A stretch of 64,000 nt of DNA from an uncultured Rickettsiales bacterium (GTDB taxonomy: Bacteria; Pseudomonadota; Alphaproteobacteria; Rickettsiales; JABCZZ01), in NCBI GenBank assembly GCA_964454545.1, contig CAYVTI010000005.1, positions 106 through 64,105 on the forward strand, in the 5' to 3' direction. Below are positions 48,049 through 56,497 of the stretch, piece by piece (within the stretch, counting starts at the first letter, position 1; each line of letters starts with the position of its first letter). Position numbers and translations under genes: made by a program. The notes under the pieces were generated by a model. It was not told the DNA's origin, did no database searches, and saw nothing but the letters and a program-made list of their open reading frames with translations.

Positions 48049-49398
48049 ATGTCCGGAAACGCTGACCGTGTTGCTAAATATTTTAAATTAAAAAAATTCG
48101 GCGCCAACATCACAACGGAAATAATCGCAGGAATCTCCACTTATTTAAGCCTCGCTTACATCTTCATCGTCAACCCTTCCATACTGGCGCAGGCGGGCAT
48201 TGACCCCAAATCAGCCTTGTTTGCCACCGCCATCGTCGCATCTTTAGCGACACTCGCCATGGGACTCTGGGCAAATCTTCCCTTTGCCGTCGCCCCGGGA
48301 CTTACGATGAACAGCTATTTCACCTTTGTAGTATGCAAGAAAATGCATCTTTCCTGGCAGCAGGGACTTGCCACCGTATTCATATCGGGAGTGCTTTGCG
48401 TCGTTCTCACCGCGTTGCCGCTTCGTCAGGCCATCATCGATTCCATTCCGCTGGGGCTGAAACGGGCGATAGCGGTAACCATCGGCGTTTTCGTAACCAC
48501 GATAGGATTATTTCTCGCCAAAATCATTACCTTTACGTCTTCCGGATTTATTGATTTTTCTGCCATTGATGCCGCCCACCTCGCCAGCCCGCTTGCGGCG
48601 GTAATGGCGTTCGGGCTGTTCATATCCATCGTGCTGGGGCTGAAACGCCTGAATTTCCCGGCGGGCATGATCATCGCCATCATGCTTTCCGCTTTCCTTT
48701 ACCATAAGCTTATTAAAACCACCGCCACGCCTGTTGCCGACAATGGGAGTGTCCTGGCCTCCTTCATGCAGCTTGATTTCTCCGTGATTTTCCACAGCAG
48801 CTTCTGGTTGCCCGTCATCGTGTTCTTCATACTGGATTTCTTTGAAGGCATCGGTGGTTTCATTGGCATGACAGCGAATACCACCATTCAGGACAAGGAC
48901 GGCAACATCCCCAATATAAAGCAAGGACTCTGGGTGGACGGCCTGGGCACCATCGCGGGATCCATCTTTGGCACATCGAGCCTGATTATTTTCGTTGAAA
49001 GCGCCGTGGGCATAAGGGCAGGGGGAAGAACGGGCCTTACCGCCGTCATCTGCGCTATACTCATGATGCTGGCCGCCTGGGCCAGTTTCTATTTTTCCCC
49101 CCTCCTTTCATTAGTTCCCGCAGAGGCTGTTGCAGGAGTTCTCGTGTATGTCGGATACCTGCTGCTCTCAAGCTCGGTTGGCTCACGCAAGGCAGACGGC
49201 CTGTCATCTTTCGACTATGGCGTAACTCTGGTAATGGGTCTTATTTCCTTCCTGACATTCAGCCTCGACAAATCATTGGCATTCGGGCTTTGGGCTTATT
49301 TTGCGTACAGCCTTATGCCCTCGCGCAACCACGCCCCTGCCTGGTGGCTCGCGGGCATTGCCTCCGCGCTTACCGCTGCTATCGTTTGCAGCGGCTGA
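48049..49398 (+). CDS. NCS2 family purine (adenine/guanine/hypoxanthine) permease, AzgA-like
   Basis: The N-terminus YFKLKKFGANITTEIIAGISTYLSLAYIFIVNPSIL is typical of the family, and the protein is polytopic. ATG at 48049 is preferred over the GTG at 48043. Confidence 0.85.
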   Translation: MSGNADRVAKYFKLKKFGANITTEIIAGISTYLSLAYIFIVNPSILAQAGIDPKSALFATAIVASLATLAMGLWANLPFAVAPGLTMNSYFTFVVCKKMHLSWQQGLATVFISGVLCVVLTALPLRQAIIDSIPLGLKRAIAVTIGVFVTTIGLFLAKIITFTSSGFIDFSAIDAAHLASPLAAVMAFGLFISIVLGLKRLNFPAGMIIAIMLSAFLYHKLIKTTATPVADNGSVLASFMQLDFSVIFHSSFWLPVIVFFILDFFEGIGGFIGMTANTTIQDKDGNIPNIKQGLWVDGLGTIAGSIFGTSSLIIFVESAVGIRAGGRTGLTAVICAILMMLAAWASFYFSPLLSLVPAEAVAGVLVYVGYLLLSSSVGSRKADGLSSFDYGVTLVMGLISFLTFSLDKSLAFGLWAYFAYSLMPSRNHAPAWWLAGIASALTAAIVCSG

Positions 49399-49414
49399 TA
49401 ACTGAGTACGTCAC

Positions 49415-51049
49415 ATGGTAGCGAAGACCGCAGATTTGACGCCTGAACAACTGCAAAGTCTTATGAAGGCAAGCGACCATGTATTGCAATCCACCGTAAC
49501 TGAAATCGATGGCAAGTTTTGGGCGTATCCCAGTCCTGGGCTTTATCCCGGCGCCTGGAACTGGGACACTCCGCAGATAGCTGAAGGGCTTTTCCGCAGC
49601 GATAAGGAAAAAGCGGTAAAACTGCTGGAAGACTTTCTGATCATGCAGTGGGAGAATGGCATGATTCCCCATATCGTTTTCCCGCAACTGAAGCCCGGTG
49701 AACGCCTGGACAGTGAAATATATTTCCCGCCGCCTCATATCTGGTATATCAGCGATGATGCGATTCAGGATTATGCAAAAGTAGATCCCAAAGCCTATGA
49801 AAACCATCCGGCTTACAAAGCTACGGGAGGAAGAACGACAGGCATAACACAATATCCCATCTGGGCAATTAACCTGAAGAACATGTATGATTATGAGCAA
49901 CAGCAACGCGCATCCAATCCGGAAACCGCTGTTGCACTTGCTCCCGAACGGCTGGCCGGGCTTGTGGAGCATATTAACAAGTCGCATGAATGGTTTCATA
50001 AAAACCGCGACCCGCTGGGACTCGGTATCGTTGCAGAATACCATCCATGGATGGGATGCGATAACGCCCCTTGCTATGATCGCGCCATGGCGCGTATTTC
50101 CAAAGATACAACAGCGGAAGAACTGGCGCTTATCAGGCAGCAACGAAGGGATCTGAGAGCTATTATTGTCAATAAGGGGGATATTTCCGAACGTCCCGAA
50201 GACAGGGATTACGCCGCATTCATTAAAATCGCCCACAGGCTTGCGCGTGTCACCGAAAAAGAAATGAACGGGGAAAAGATAACATTGGATGACATACCCT
50301 TCGTTGTATACAGTCCGATGTTAACGGGAATGCTTATCCGGGCGGAACGGGACTTGGCCGGACTGGCGAAAGCGGCCGGAAAGGACGGCATTGCAGAGTC
50401 TGCAATAAGGCGCGCGGAAAGCATGAGCCAAAGCATGATGAAAACTCTCTGGAGTGAAAAAGACGGGCAATTCTGCTATCTTGATGCTAAAGTCACTCCC
50501 CAGGAACGTGACGCCGCAATAAAAGATCGCAGGCGTAATTTCATTGAAACCGCTGCCGGAATTATCATGGAAAAAGATCCTGCAGGATTTATTGGCACCT
50601 GTTTTCCATTGCTGGACGAAAGGCTTCCTTCTTACATACAGGACAAGGTAAGAAGCAAACTGCAGAAAGACTATGTGGACGATTTTGAGTATGGCATTTC
50701 CAGCGCCAGCAGGGATAATCCGGAACGTATCCACGGCAAGGCCGGATACGAGCCGCGTTACTGGCGCGGTCCGAGATGGGATAACATCAGCGAGATGTTA
50801 CGTCCTTATACCAGTTGCAGCGGCAATTTGCGCGATAAAGGATTGGGACTTGCCCTGGATAACGGATTCCGTGAATACACCAACCCGGAAACTGGTAAAG
50901 GCCTCGGCGGGCGCGATTTCGGCTGGACCGCAGCGGTTATACGTATAGGAGCAGAAGAAAGATTACGGGAACTGGAAAAACTACCGATGTCCTCACGATA
51001 TAAGAGATCAGATTCCAATAGATCCGAGAACTCAGAAAGAGGAAGATAG
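49415..51049 (+). CDS. (alpha/alpha)6-barrel glycoside hydrolase, GH63 / mannosylglycerate-glucosylglycerate hydrolase-like
   Basis: 544 aa. GAWNWDTPQIAEGL, MIPHIVFP, HPWMGCDNAPCYD, YWRGPRWDN and FREYTNPETGKGLGGRDFGWTAAV resemble GH63-type motifs as I recall them. Confidence 0.65.
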   Translation: MVAKTADLTPEQLQSLMKASDHVLQSTVTEIDGKFWAYPSPGLYPGAWNWDTPQIAEGLFRSDKEKAVKLLEDFLIMQWENGMIPHIVFPQLKPGERLDSEIYFPPPHIWYISDDAIQDYAKVDPKAYENHPAYKATGGRTTGITQYPIWAINLKNMYDYEQQQRASNPETAVALAPERLAGLVEHINKSHEWFHKNRDPLGLGIVAEYHPWMGCDNAPCYDRAMARISKDTTAEELALIRQQRRDLRAIIVNKGDISERPEDRDYAAFIKIAHRLARVTEKEMNGEKITLDDIPFVVYSPMLTGMLIRAERDLAGLAKAAGKDGIAESAIRRAESMSQSMMKTLWSEKDGQFCYLDAKVTPQERDAAIKDRRRNFIETAAGIIMEKDPAGFIGTCFPLLDERLPSYIQDKVRSKLQKDYVDDFEYGISSASRDNPERIHGKAGYEPRYWRGPRWDNISEMLRPYTSCSGNLRDKGLGLALDNGFREYTNPETGKGLGGRDFGWTAAVIRIGAEERLRELEKLPMSSRYKRSDSNRSENSERGR

Positions 51050-51140
51050 CAAAGGCATCCGGTATAAATTCCTTCTATCTGTCAGACTCTAATTTGCCAT
51101 ACACAAACATAACATTCAATCTGGGCAACTTATGTAGAAA

Positions 51141-51278
51141 TCATGGATGTTTTTCCGGATCCGGGATAATTCTCTGCTCTCGTGCCTTGCGCTCCAGATG
51201 CATCTCGAGCCACATGGCGTTAAGGATGCCGAACAGCACCGCGGTCCCGAGACCCAGCACCCATGAAAAATACCACAT
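51141..51278 (-). CDS. cydX: Cytochrome bd oxidase small subunit CydX
   Basis: Below the ORF-track length cutoff. My translation is MWYFSWVLGLGTAVLFGILNAMWLEMHLERKAREQRIIPDPEKHP (45 aa). The ATG is 13 nt after the cydB stop, with a GGGAGAG Shine-Dalgarno. The N-terminus matches the MWYF.W... pattern of CydX. Confidence 0.75.
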   Translation of the reverse strand: MWYFSWVLGLGTAVLFGILNAMWLEMHLERKAREQRIIPDPEKHP

Positions 51279-51291
51279 ATGTTTTCTCTCC

Positions 51292-52452
51292 CTAATAAAG
51301 ATGTTCACCGTCGGCGTTCACGACTTCTTCGCTTATCGCGTGACGCATGATGTGGAATGCCCACGACGTATAAAGGATGATAAGTGGCACGAATATCGCC
51401 GCAGCAATCGTCATGAGCCACAGCGTTAACTGCGAACTGCTCGCGTCCCATACGGTGAGGCTGTGATCGGGCTTCAGACTGCTGGGCAACATGAAAGGAA
51501 ACAAGGCTACCCCGGCGGTGGCAATCGTGCAGGCCACCATCAGTCCACTTGCGATGAATGCTGGGGCATGGCGGCGCATCCTGGTGAGCAGGACAGCGCT
51601 CGCGCAGCCCGCTATCGCAAGAAACGGTATGATAAACAGGATCGGATGGGAGGTGTAATTACGCAGCCACACGCCATGCTCCATTATGACATGCTTATGC
51701 ACAGGGTTTGACTGGCCTGCATGATCTATCGCACCGATAATCGTATAGCCGTCCATATTATGGGCCCAGATACCACCCGCTATGAACAGCAGCAACCAGA
51801 TTGCCAATCCCACATAAATTGTCGCAATGGCACGGCTCTGGACGTTACCGCGCGTTTTCGCGGCGAGATACACCGCACCATGCGTCGCAAGCATCGCAAC
51901 GCTGGTCAGGCCGCACAGCAGCCCAAACAGATTGAGCAGATGGAAAAAGCTGCCAAAATAACTGTCCGCATAATGCGGAATCTGCATATCATCCAGATAA
52001 AACGGCACGCCCTGGAACAGATTTCCGAACGCCACGCCGAACACGAGCGGCGGCACGAGGCCGGATGCGAATAACGTAAAATCCCATGCCTGCCGGTGGC
52101 CAGGCTTGTGGAACTTGTTCCGGTATTCAAAACTGACCGGGCGCAGGATAAGGCTTAAGAGCGTAAGCAGCATCGCAAGATAGAATCCCGAGAACGCTGT
52201 GGCATAAATCGCAGGCCATGCGGCAAATATTGCGCCGCCGCTTAGCAGAAGCCATACTTGGTTGCCATCCCACACCGGCCCTACCGTATTGATGATGATG
52301 CGATGCTCGTTATCCGTTCTGGCAAGCAGCGGATTGAGAAACGCAACTCCCATGTCAAACCCGTCCATGACAGCAAATCCAATAAGCAATACGCCAAGCA
52401 ACGCCCACCAGATCAGGCGCAATGTTTCATAATCAAACGGTATCGGGATCAT
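51292..52452 (-). CDS. cydB: Cytochrome bd ubiquinol oxidase subunit II
   Basis: The start is set at ATG 52452, after AGGAGG (MIPIPFDYETLRLIWWALLGVLLIGFAVMDGFDMG). The track's 52659 start would overlap cydA by about 200 nt. Confidence 0.9.
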   Translation of the reverse strand: MIPIPFDYETLRLIWWALLGVLLIGFAVMDGFDMGVAFLNPLLARTDNEHRIIINTVGPVWDGNQVWLLLSGGAIFAAWPAIYATAFSGFYLAMLLTLLSLILRPVSFEYRNKFHKPGHRQAWDFTLFASGLVPPLVFGVAFGNLFQGVPFYLDDMQIPHYADSYFGSFFHLLNLFGLLCGLTSVAMLATHGAVYLAAKTRGNVQSRAIATIYVGLAIWLLLFIAGGIWAHNMDGYTIIGAIDHAGQSNPVHKHVIMEHGVWLRNYTSHPILFIIPFLAIAGCASAVLLTRMRRHAPAFIASGLMVACTIATAGVALFPFMLPSSLKPDHSLTVWDASSSQLTLWLMTIAAAIFVPLIILYTSWAFHIMRHAISEEVVNADGEHLY

Positions 52453-52463
52453 AAGTCTCCTCC

Positions 52464-54017
52464 TTACGCCATATTCAACTGGGCTAATGAATTGGGACCC
52501 AACGCCGGGCCCTTTCTCGCATATTTTACCATGAGATATACATCGACAACGAGCAGCGAGCTGTAAAAAATTAAAAACCCCATAAGGCTGGTAAGCACTA
52601 GCTCGCCCGAGGTCGCGCTTACGCCAAGCCCGGTCGGCAGAATGCCCTGTATCGCCCATGGCTGGCGGCCGTACTCGGCAACTACCCAGCCAAGCTCCGC
52701 CGCCACCCAGGGAAGCGGCAGGCTGTAAAATGCCGTCTTAAGCATTGCCCGGTGATTGAAATCCCTTTTCACCGCCATCCAGAACGCAGCCGTAAATAAG
52801 AGGATAAACCAGAATCCGCACGCGACCATGATCCGGAAACTCCAGAAGAGCGGCGTTACGCGCGGCACCAGTGAGAGCGCCGCATTATGTATCTCGCCCG
52901 CGGAAGCATGCGCGGGATCGTAGCCTCTTGCCCTAAGCAGCAGCCCATAACCCAAATCGGTTGCATGCGCCTGCAGCTTCTTGCGTGCCTGCTGATTCTC
53001 GGGATTCCTTCTTGCTTCGGCAAGCGCCTTATATGCCTCAATTCCCGAGTGGATGCGTTTCTCGCTCTCCGCAATGATATCTTTTATGCCGGTGATTTTT
53101 TCATTGAAGCTGCGTGTTCCGATAAGCCCCATGACCCACGGGATTTTAATTTCGCTCTCATTTCGCATGTTTTTCTGATCCGGTATGGCAAACAGCGTAA
53201 AACTTGCCGGAGCGTTTTCCGTGTCCCACATCGCTTCAATCGCAGCCATTTTCATTTTCTGGTTTTCATTTACGGTGTACCCTGACTCGTCACCCAGGAC
53301 GATGACGGAAAGCGCTCCGGCAAGACCGAAAGCCGCCGCCACCGCGAAACTGCGCTTCATGATCTCCGTATGCTGGTTGCGCAGCAAGAAATAAGAGGAA
53401 ATTGCCAGCATGAACGTTGCGCCGCAGACATAGCCCGCGCTTACGGTATGCACGAACTTGGCCTGCGCGACCGGGTTGAATATCAGATCGTAAAAGCTCT
53501 TCATCTCCATGCGCATGGTATCCGGATTAAAATACGCCCCCACCGGATTTTGCATCCAGCCATTCGCAATCAGAATCCATACCGCTGAAAGATTGCTGCC
53601 AAATGCCACGCAGAACGTCGCAAAAAGATGCTGCACCTTCGACATTTTATTCCAGCCGAAGAAGAATAATCCGACGAAAGTAGACTCAAGGAAAAACGCC
53701 ATCAGCCCTTCGATGGCAAGCGGCGTGCCGAAAATATCGCCGACATAATGGCTGTAATACGCCCAGTTCGTGCCGAACTGGAACTCCATCGTGATGCCGG
53801 TCGCAACGCCCATAGCGAAATTGATGCCGAACAGCTTGCCCCAGAAACGCGTGGCGTCACGCCATATCTCCTTGCCGGTCATGACGTAGGTCGCTTCCAG
53901 TATGACCAAAAGCCAGGACAAGCCCAGAGTGAGCGGCACAAAAAGGAAATGGTAAAGCGCGGTGGCGGCGAACTGAAGACGGGAAAGAAGGAGCGGATCA
54001 AGATGGGCCATATTCAC
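52464..54017 (-). CDS. cydA: Cytochrome bd ubiquinol oxidase subunit I
   Basis: 517 aa. LSRLQFAATALYHFLFVPLTLGL, the Q-loop region and GWVVAEYGRQPW. Confidence 0.95.
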   Translation of the reverse strand: MNMAHLDPLLLSRLQFAATALYHFLFVPLTLGLSWLLVILEATYVMTGKEIWRDATRFWGKLFGINFAMGVATGITMEFQFGTNWAYYSHYVGDIFGTPLAIEGLMAFFLESTFVGLFFFGWNKMSKVQHLFATFCVAFGSNLSAVWILIANGWMQNPVGAYFNPDTMRMEMKSFYDLIFNPVAQAKFVHTVSAGYVCGATFMLAISSYFLLRNQHTEIMKRSFAVAAAFGLAGALSVIVLGDESGYTVNENQKMKMAAIEAMWDTENAPASFTLFAIPDQKNMRNESEIKIPWVMGLIGTRSFNEKITGIKDIIAESEKRIHSGIEAYKALAEARRNPENQQARKKLQAHATDLGYGLLLRARGYDPAHASAGEIHNAALSLVPRVTPLFWSFRIMVACGFWFILLFTAAFWMAVKRDFNHRAMLKTAFYSLPLPWVAAELGWVVAEYGRQPWAIQGILPTGLGVSATSGELVLTSLMGFLIFYSSLLVVDVYLMVKYARKGPALGPNSLAQLNMA

Positions 54018-54238
54018 ACCTGCTGGTTATGTTGCCCAGTATATGAAGGGCAGTTTCCGATACGCCATGCGCCACCTGATGATTCCTGACGAAGAAGAAC
54101 CATAGCGCGAGCAGCCCGGCCACTTTCAGGACTAGAAGAATGGTAACGCTTCTGGCAAGCGCGGGCTTCATGAATGCACGCATAAGGTATCCATATTATT
54201 TATAAGTCTATACCCTAGATAAATACAGCCGGATGTAC

Positions 54239-54252
54239 TTGATCAGGATCAA
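54239..54252. promoter_or_regulatory. FNR/FixK/Anr-type box TTGATCAGGATCAA upstream of cydABX
   Basis: A perfect TTGAT-N4-ATCAA in the AT-rich region upstream of cydA. Its centre is about 228 nt from the cydA ATG and about 62 nt from the ATG of the small ORF at 54183. Confidence 0.6.
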
Positions 54253-54557
54253 AAAACGCTCCTGCAACCCAGATTTAATGAAGACAGTGTCACATTTCCG
54301 CTACAGGTCGCCAAGGCTTATATTGGATGTAATATAACGGATCAAAACCAGATGGGATCATAATAGGCTGTATTTATTATATATTCAGGCATAAGGCTCT
54401 CTGACCCGCAGAGATCCTGGATCTTTCTGTTAATGCACCGCAACATAAAAGTGGCATGAGGGATTAATTTATGTTAATATAATTATATATTACATAAAGT
54501 TATTACTTGTGCATTGCACAATTAACCTGTGATATGGAAAAGAGATAATAATTATTT

Positions 54558-55298
54558 ATGTCCGCGCATGTGCCGGATGTGAAAAAGACGGGCAGGCTTA
54601 CTTATACACATCTGGTTTTATTAGTCGCCACGTTTCTGATATCCTCGTGTTCGCATCATGAGCAGCCTTCATCACCCACCTCTCAGGATGCATCTTCACG
54701 ATCGCTTTTCGGTGTAGTGGCCGACACCGTAAAGGGAAGTGTCGTCGGCGCGTTTGAAGCCGCGCAGTCCCCACTCGAGGATATTGGCCTTAAGCGCCAG
54801 TCCATCCCCGATCAATTAAAAAAACTTGAGGGCAATCCTTATTCTCTGCCCGTGCCTGCCAACTGTACAACCGTCACTGCTGAAATATCTTCCCTGGATG
54901 TGGCACTGGGGCCGGAAAGAATAAACGGCGGGTATGACAACGGTTCATTAACTGCGGCGTGGAATAACATGCATAACATTTCATGGCAGGATAAGGATCA
55001 CTATATCGATCAGGGATCATCTCTCGCGCAGCAGAAAGCGGCGGATGAAGTGCGCAGCCATGTCACCATCATTCCCTACCGCAGCTGGCTGCGTTGGATA
55101 AGCGGAGCAGATGCCCACGCCAAGAAAGTGGCTGCCGCATATGAAGCCGGAAAACTGCACCGCGCATTCCTGCGTGGCGTGGAAGCGAACCTGCACTGCT
55201 CGTTGGACTTGCAAAAAACTGCGGAGCCCGTCGAGGTGAAGAAAAGGACTCCCGGCATCGAAGAAACTGCGCTCAATGACGGTAACGAGAAGCCGTAA
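54558..55298 (+). CDS. Lipoprotein (hypothetical)
   Basis: 246 aa. Signal peptide and lipobox LVATFLISSCSHH. No family recognised. Confidence 0.6.
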   Translation: MSAHVPDVKKTGRLTYTHLVLLVATFLISSCSHHEQPSSPTSQDASSRSLFGVVADTVKGSVVGAFEAAQSPLEDIGLKRQSIPDQLKKLEGNPYSLPVPANCTTVTAEISSLDVALGPERINGGYDNGSLTAAWNNMHNISWQDKDHYIDQGSSLAQQKAADEVRSHVTIIPYRSWLRWISGADAHAKKVAAAYEAGKLHRAFLRGVEANLHCSLDLQKTAEPVEVKKRTPGIEETALNDGNEKP

Positions 55299-55342
55299 TC
55301 ATATAAGCATCAAAAGTTGCATCTTGCCTTATAGCATCTAGA

Positions 55343-56374
55343 ATGCCGCTTATGCCACATAAGCCCGCACTTTCCGATACAGACATAACCACATTCCACC
55401 GTGCGTTGCGCCAATGGTACAAAAAACACGGCAGGCGTGATCTGCCCTGGCGCAATACGTGTGATGCGTATGCCATTTATGTAAGCGAGATCATGCTGCA
55501 GCAGACGCAGGTAAAAACGGTGCTGGATCGGTATTATGCCCCGTTTCTTGAACGCTTCCCCACGCTTGCGGCGCTTGCAAAAGCGGACAGACAGGAGGTT
55601 ATCAAACGATGGGAAGGATTAGGTTATTACAACCGCGCCGCCAATCTGCATGCGGCTGCCCGGCAATGCAAAGGCGTCCTGCCGGGAACGCCGGAAACAT
55701 TGCAGGCCTTGCCCGGCATCGGGCGCAATACCGCAAATGCTATCGCCTGCTTCGCCTTCGGGTATGCCGTGCCGGTGATGGAAGCCAATGTACGGCGCGT
55801 GCTCTGCCGCGTATTCGCTCTGAGAAAAGCCGATGAGAATACGTTATGGAAAAAAGCGGAACTGCTGCTCGATGGGAAAAACCCGTTCGACTATAATCAG
55901 GCGATGATGGACATCGGCGCGCTTGTATGCACGAAGCGCGCGCCGCGCTGCGGTGCCTGCCCGCTTAGCTCCATCTGCCGGGGCAAGAATTCTCCTGCTG
56001 CCTATCCTGCGCCTAAAGCGGCCAGATCCACCCCTGTACGCCGCCGTATTATTGTAGTCCTGCGCGACAGAACAGGCGGCTATTATTTGCGCAAACGCGA
56101 ATCCAGATTTCTCCACGGATTATTTGGCTTCCCTGAATATGCGCCCGATACGGCGTTCATCATCCACGGCAACAGACGCCATCCCCTGAGGAAAACGCAG
56201 ATCATAGGACGGATAACACAAACCTACAGCCATTTTACGCTGGATGCGGTAGTCTATTTTTTGCCGGTTGCGAAAACAGGTACCGGCAACCTGTACCGGG
56301 CGATGCTAGAGGAAATGAAAGCGCTGCCGCTTTCCCGCGCAGATCACAAGATAGTGGCGTTGCTTAGGGCGTAA
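55343..56374 (+). CDS. mutY: A/G-specific adenine DNA glycosylase
   Basis: 343 aa. DLPWRNT..YAIYVSEIMLQQTQV, GLGYYNRAANL, the HhH-GPD motif, a 4Fe-4S cluster C..RAPRCGACPL...C and a C-terminal Nudix-like domain. Confidence 0.9.
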   Translation: MPLMPHKPALSDTDITTFHRALRQWYKKHGRRDLPWRNTCDAYAIYVSEIMLQQTQVKTVLDRYYAPFLERFPTLAALAKADRQEVIKRWEGLGYYNRAANLHAAARQCKGVLPGTPETLQALPGIGRNTANAIACFAFGYAVPVMEANVRRVLCRVFALRKADENTLWKKAELLLDGKNPFDYNQAMMDIGALVCTKRAPRCGACPLSSICRGKNSPAAYPAPKAARSTPVRRRIIVVLRDRTGGYYLRKRESRFLHGLFGFPEYAPDTAFIIHGNRRHPLRKTQIIGRITQTYSHFTLDAVVYFLPVAKTGTGNLYRAMLEEMKALPLSRADHKIVALLRA

Positions 56375-56497
56375 GCCCCCGTAAATTTCCTGTATGGAAA
56401 AACTTTTAACGTGGCACGTCTTTTGTCATATGGAAATTTTATGTTGTGCAAATAATGATAGGCGTTCGTTTCCACGCAACATGAGAAATGGACCCCC

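Noticed and set aside
51292-52659. Track start for cydB at 52659 (455 aa)
   Set aside because: It would overlap cydA by about 200 nt. ATG 52452, preceded by AGGAGG, gives the canonical CydB N-terminus.
53998-54183. 61-codon ORF upstream of and overlapping cydA, considered as a definite gene
   Set aside because: It has no convincing Shine-Dalgarno and I recognise no family. It is kept only as a hypothesis in the FNR-box finding rather than as a feature.
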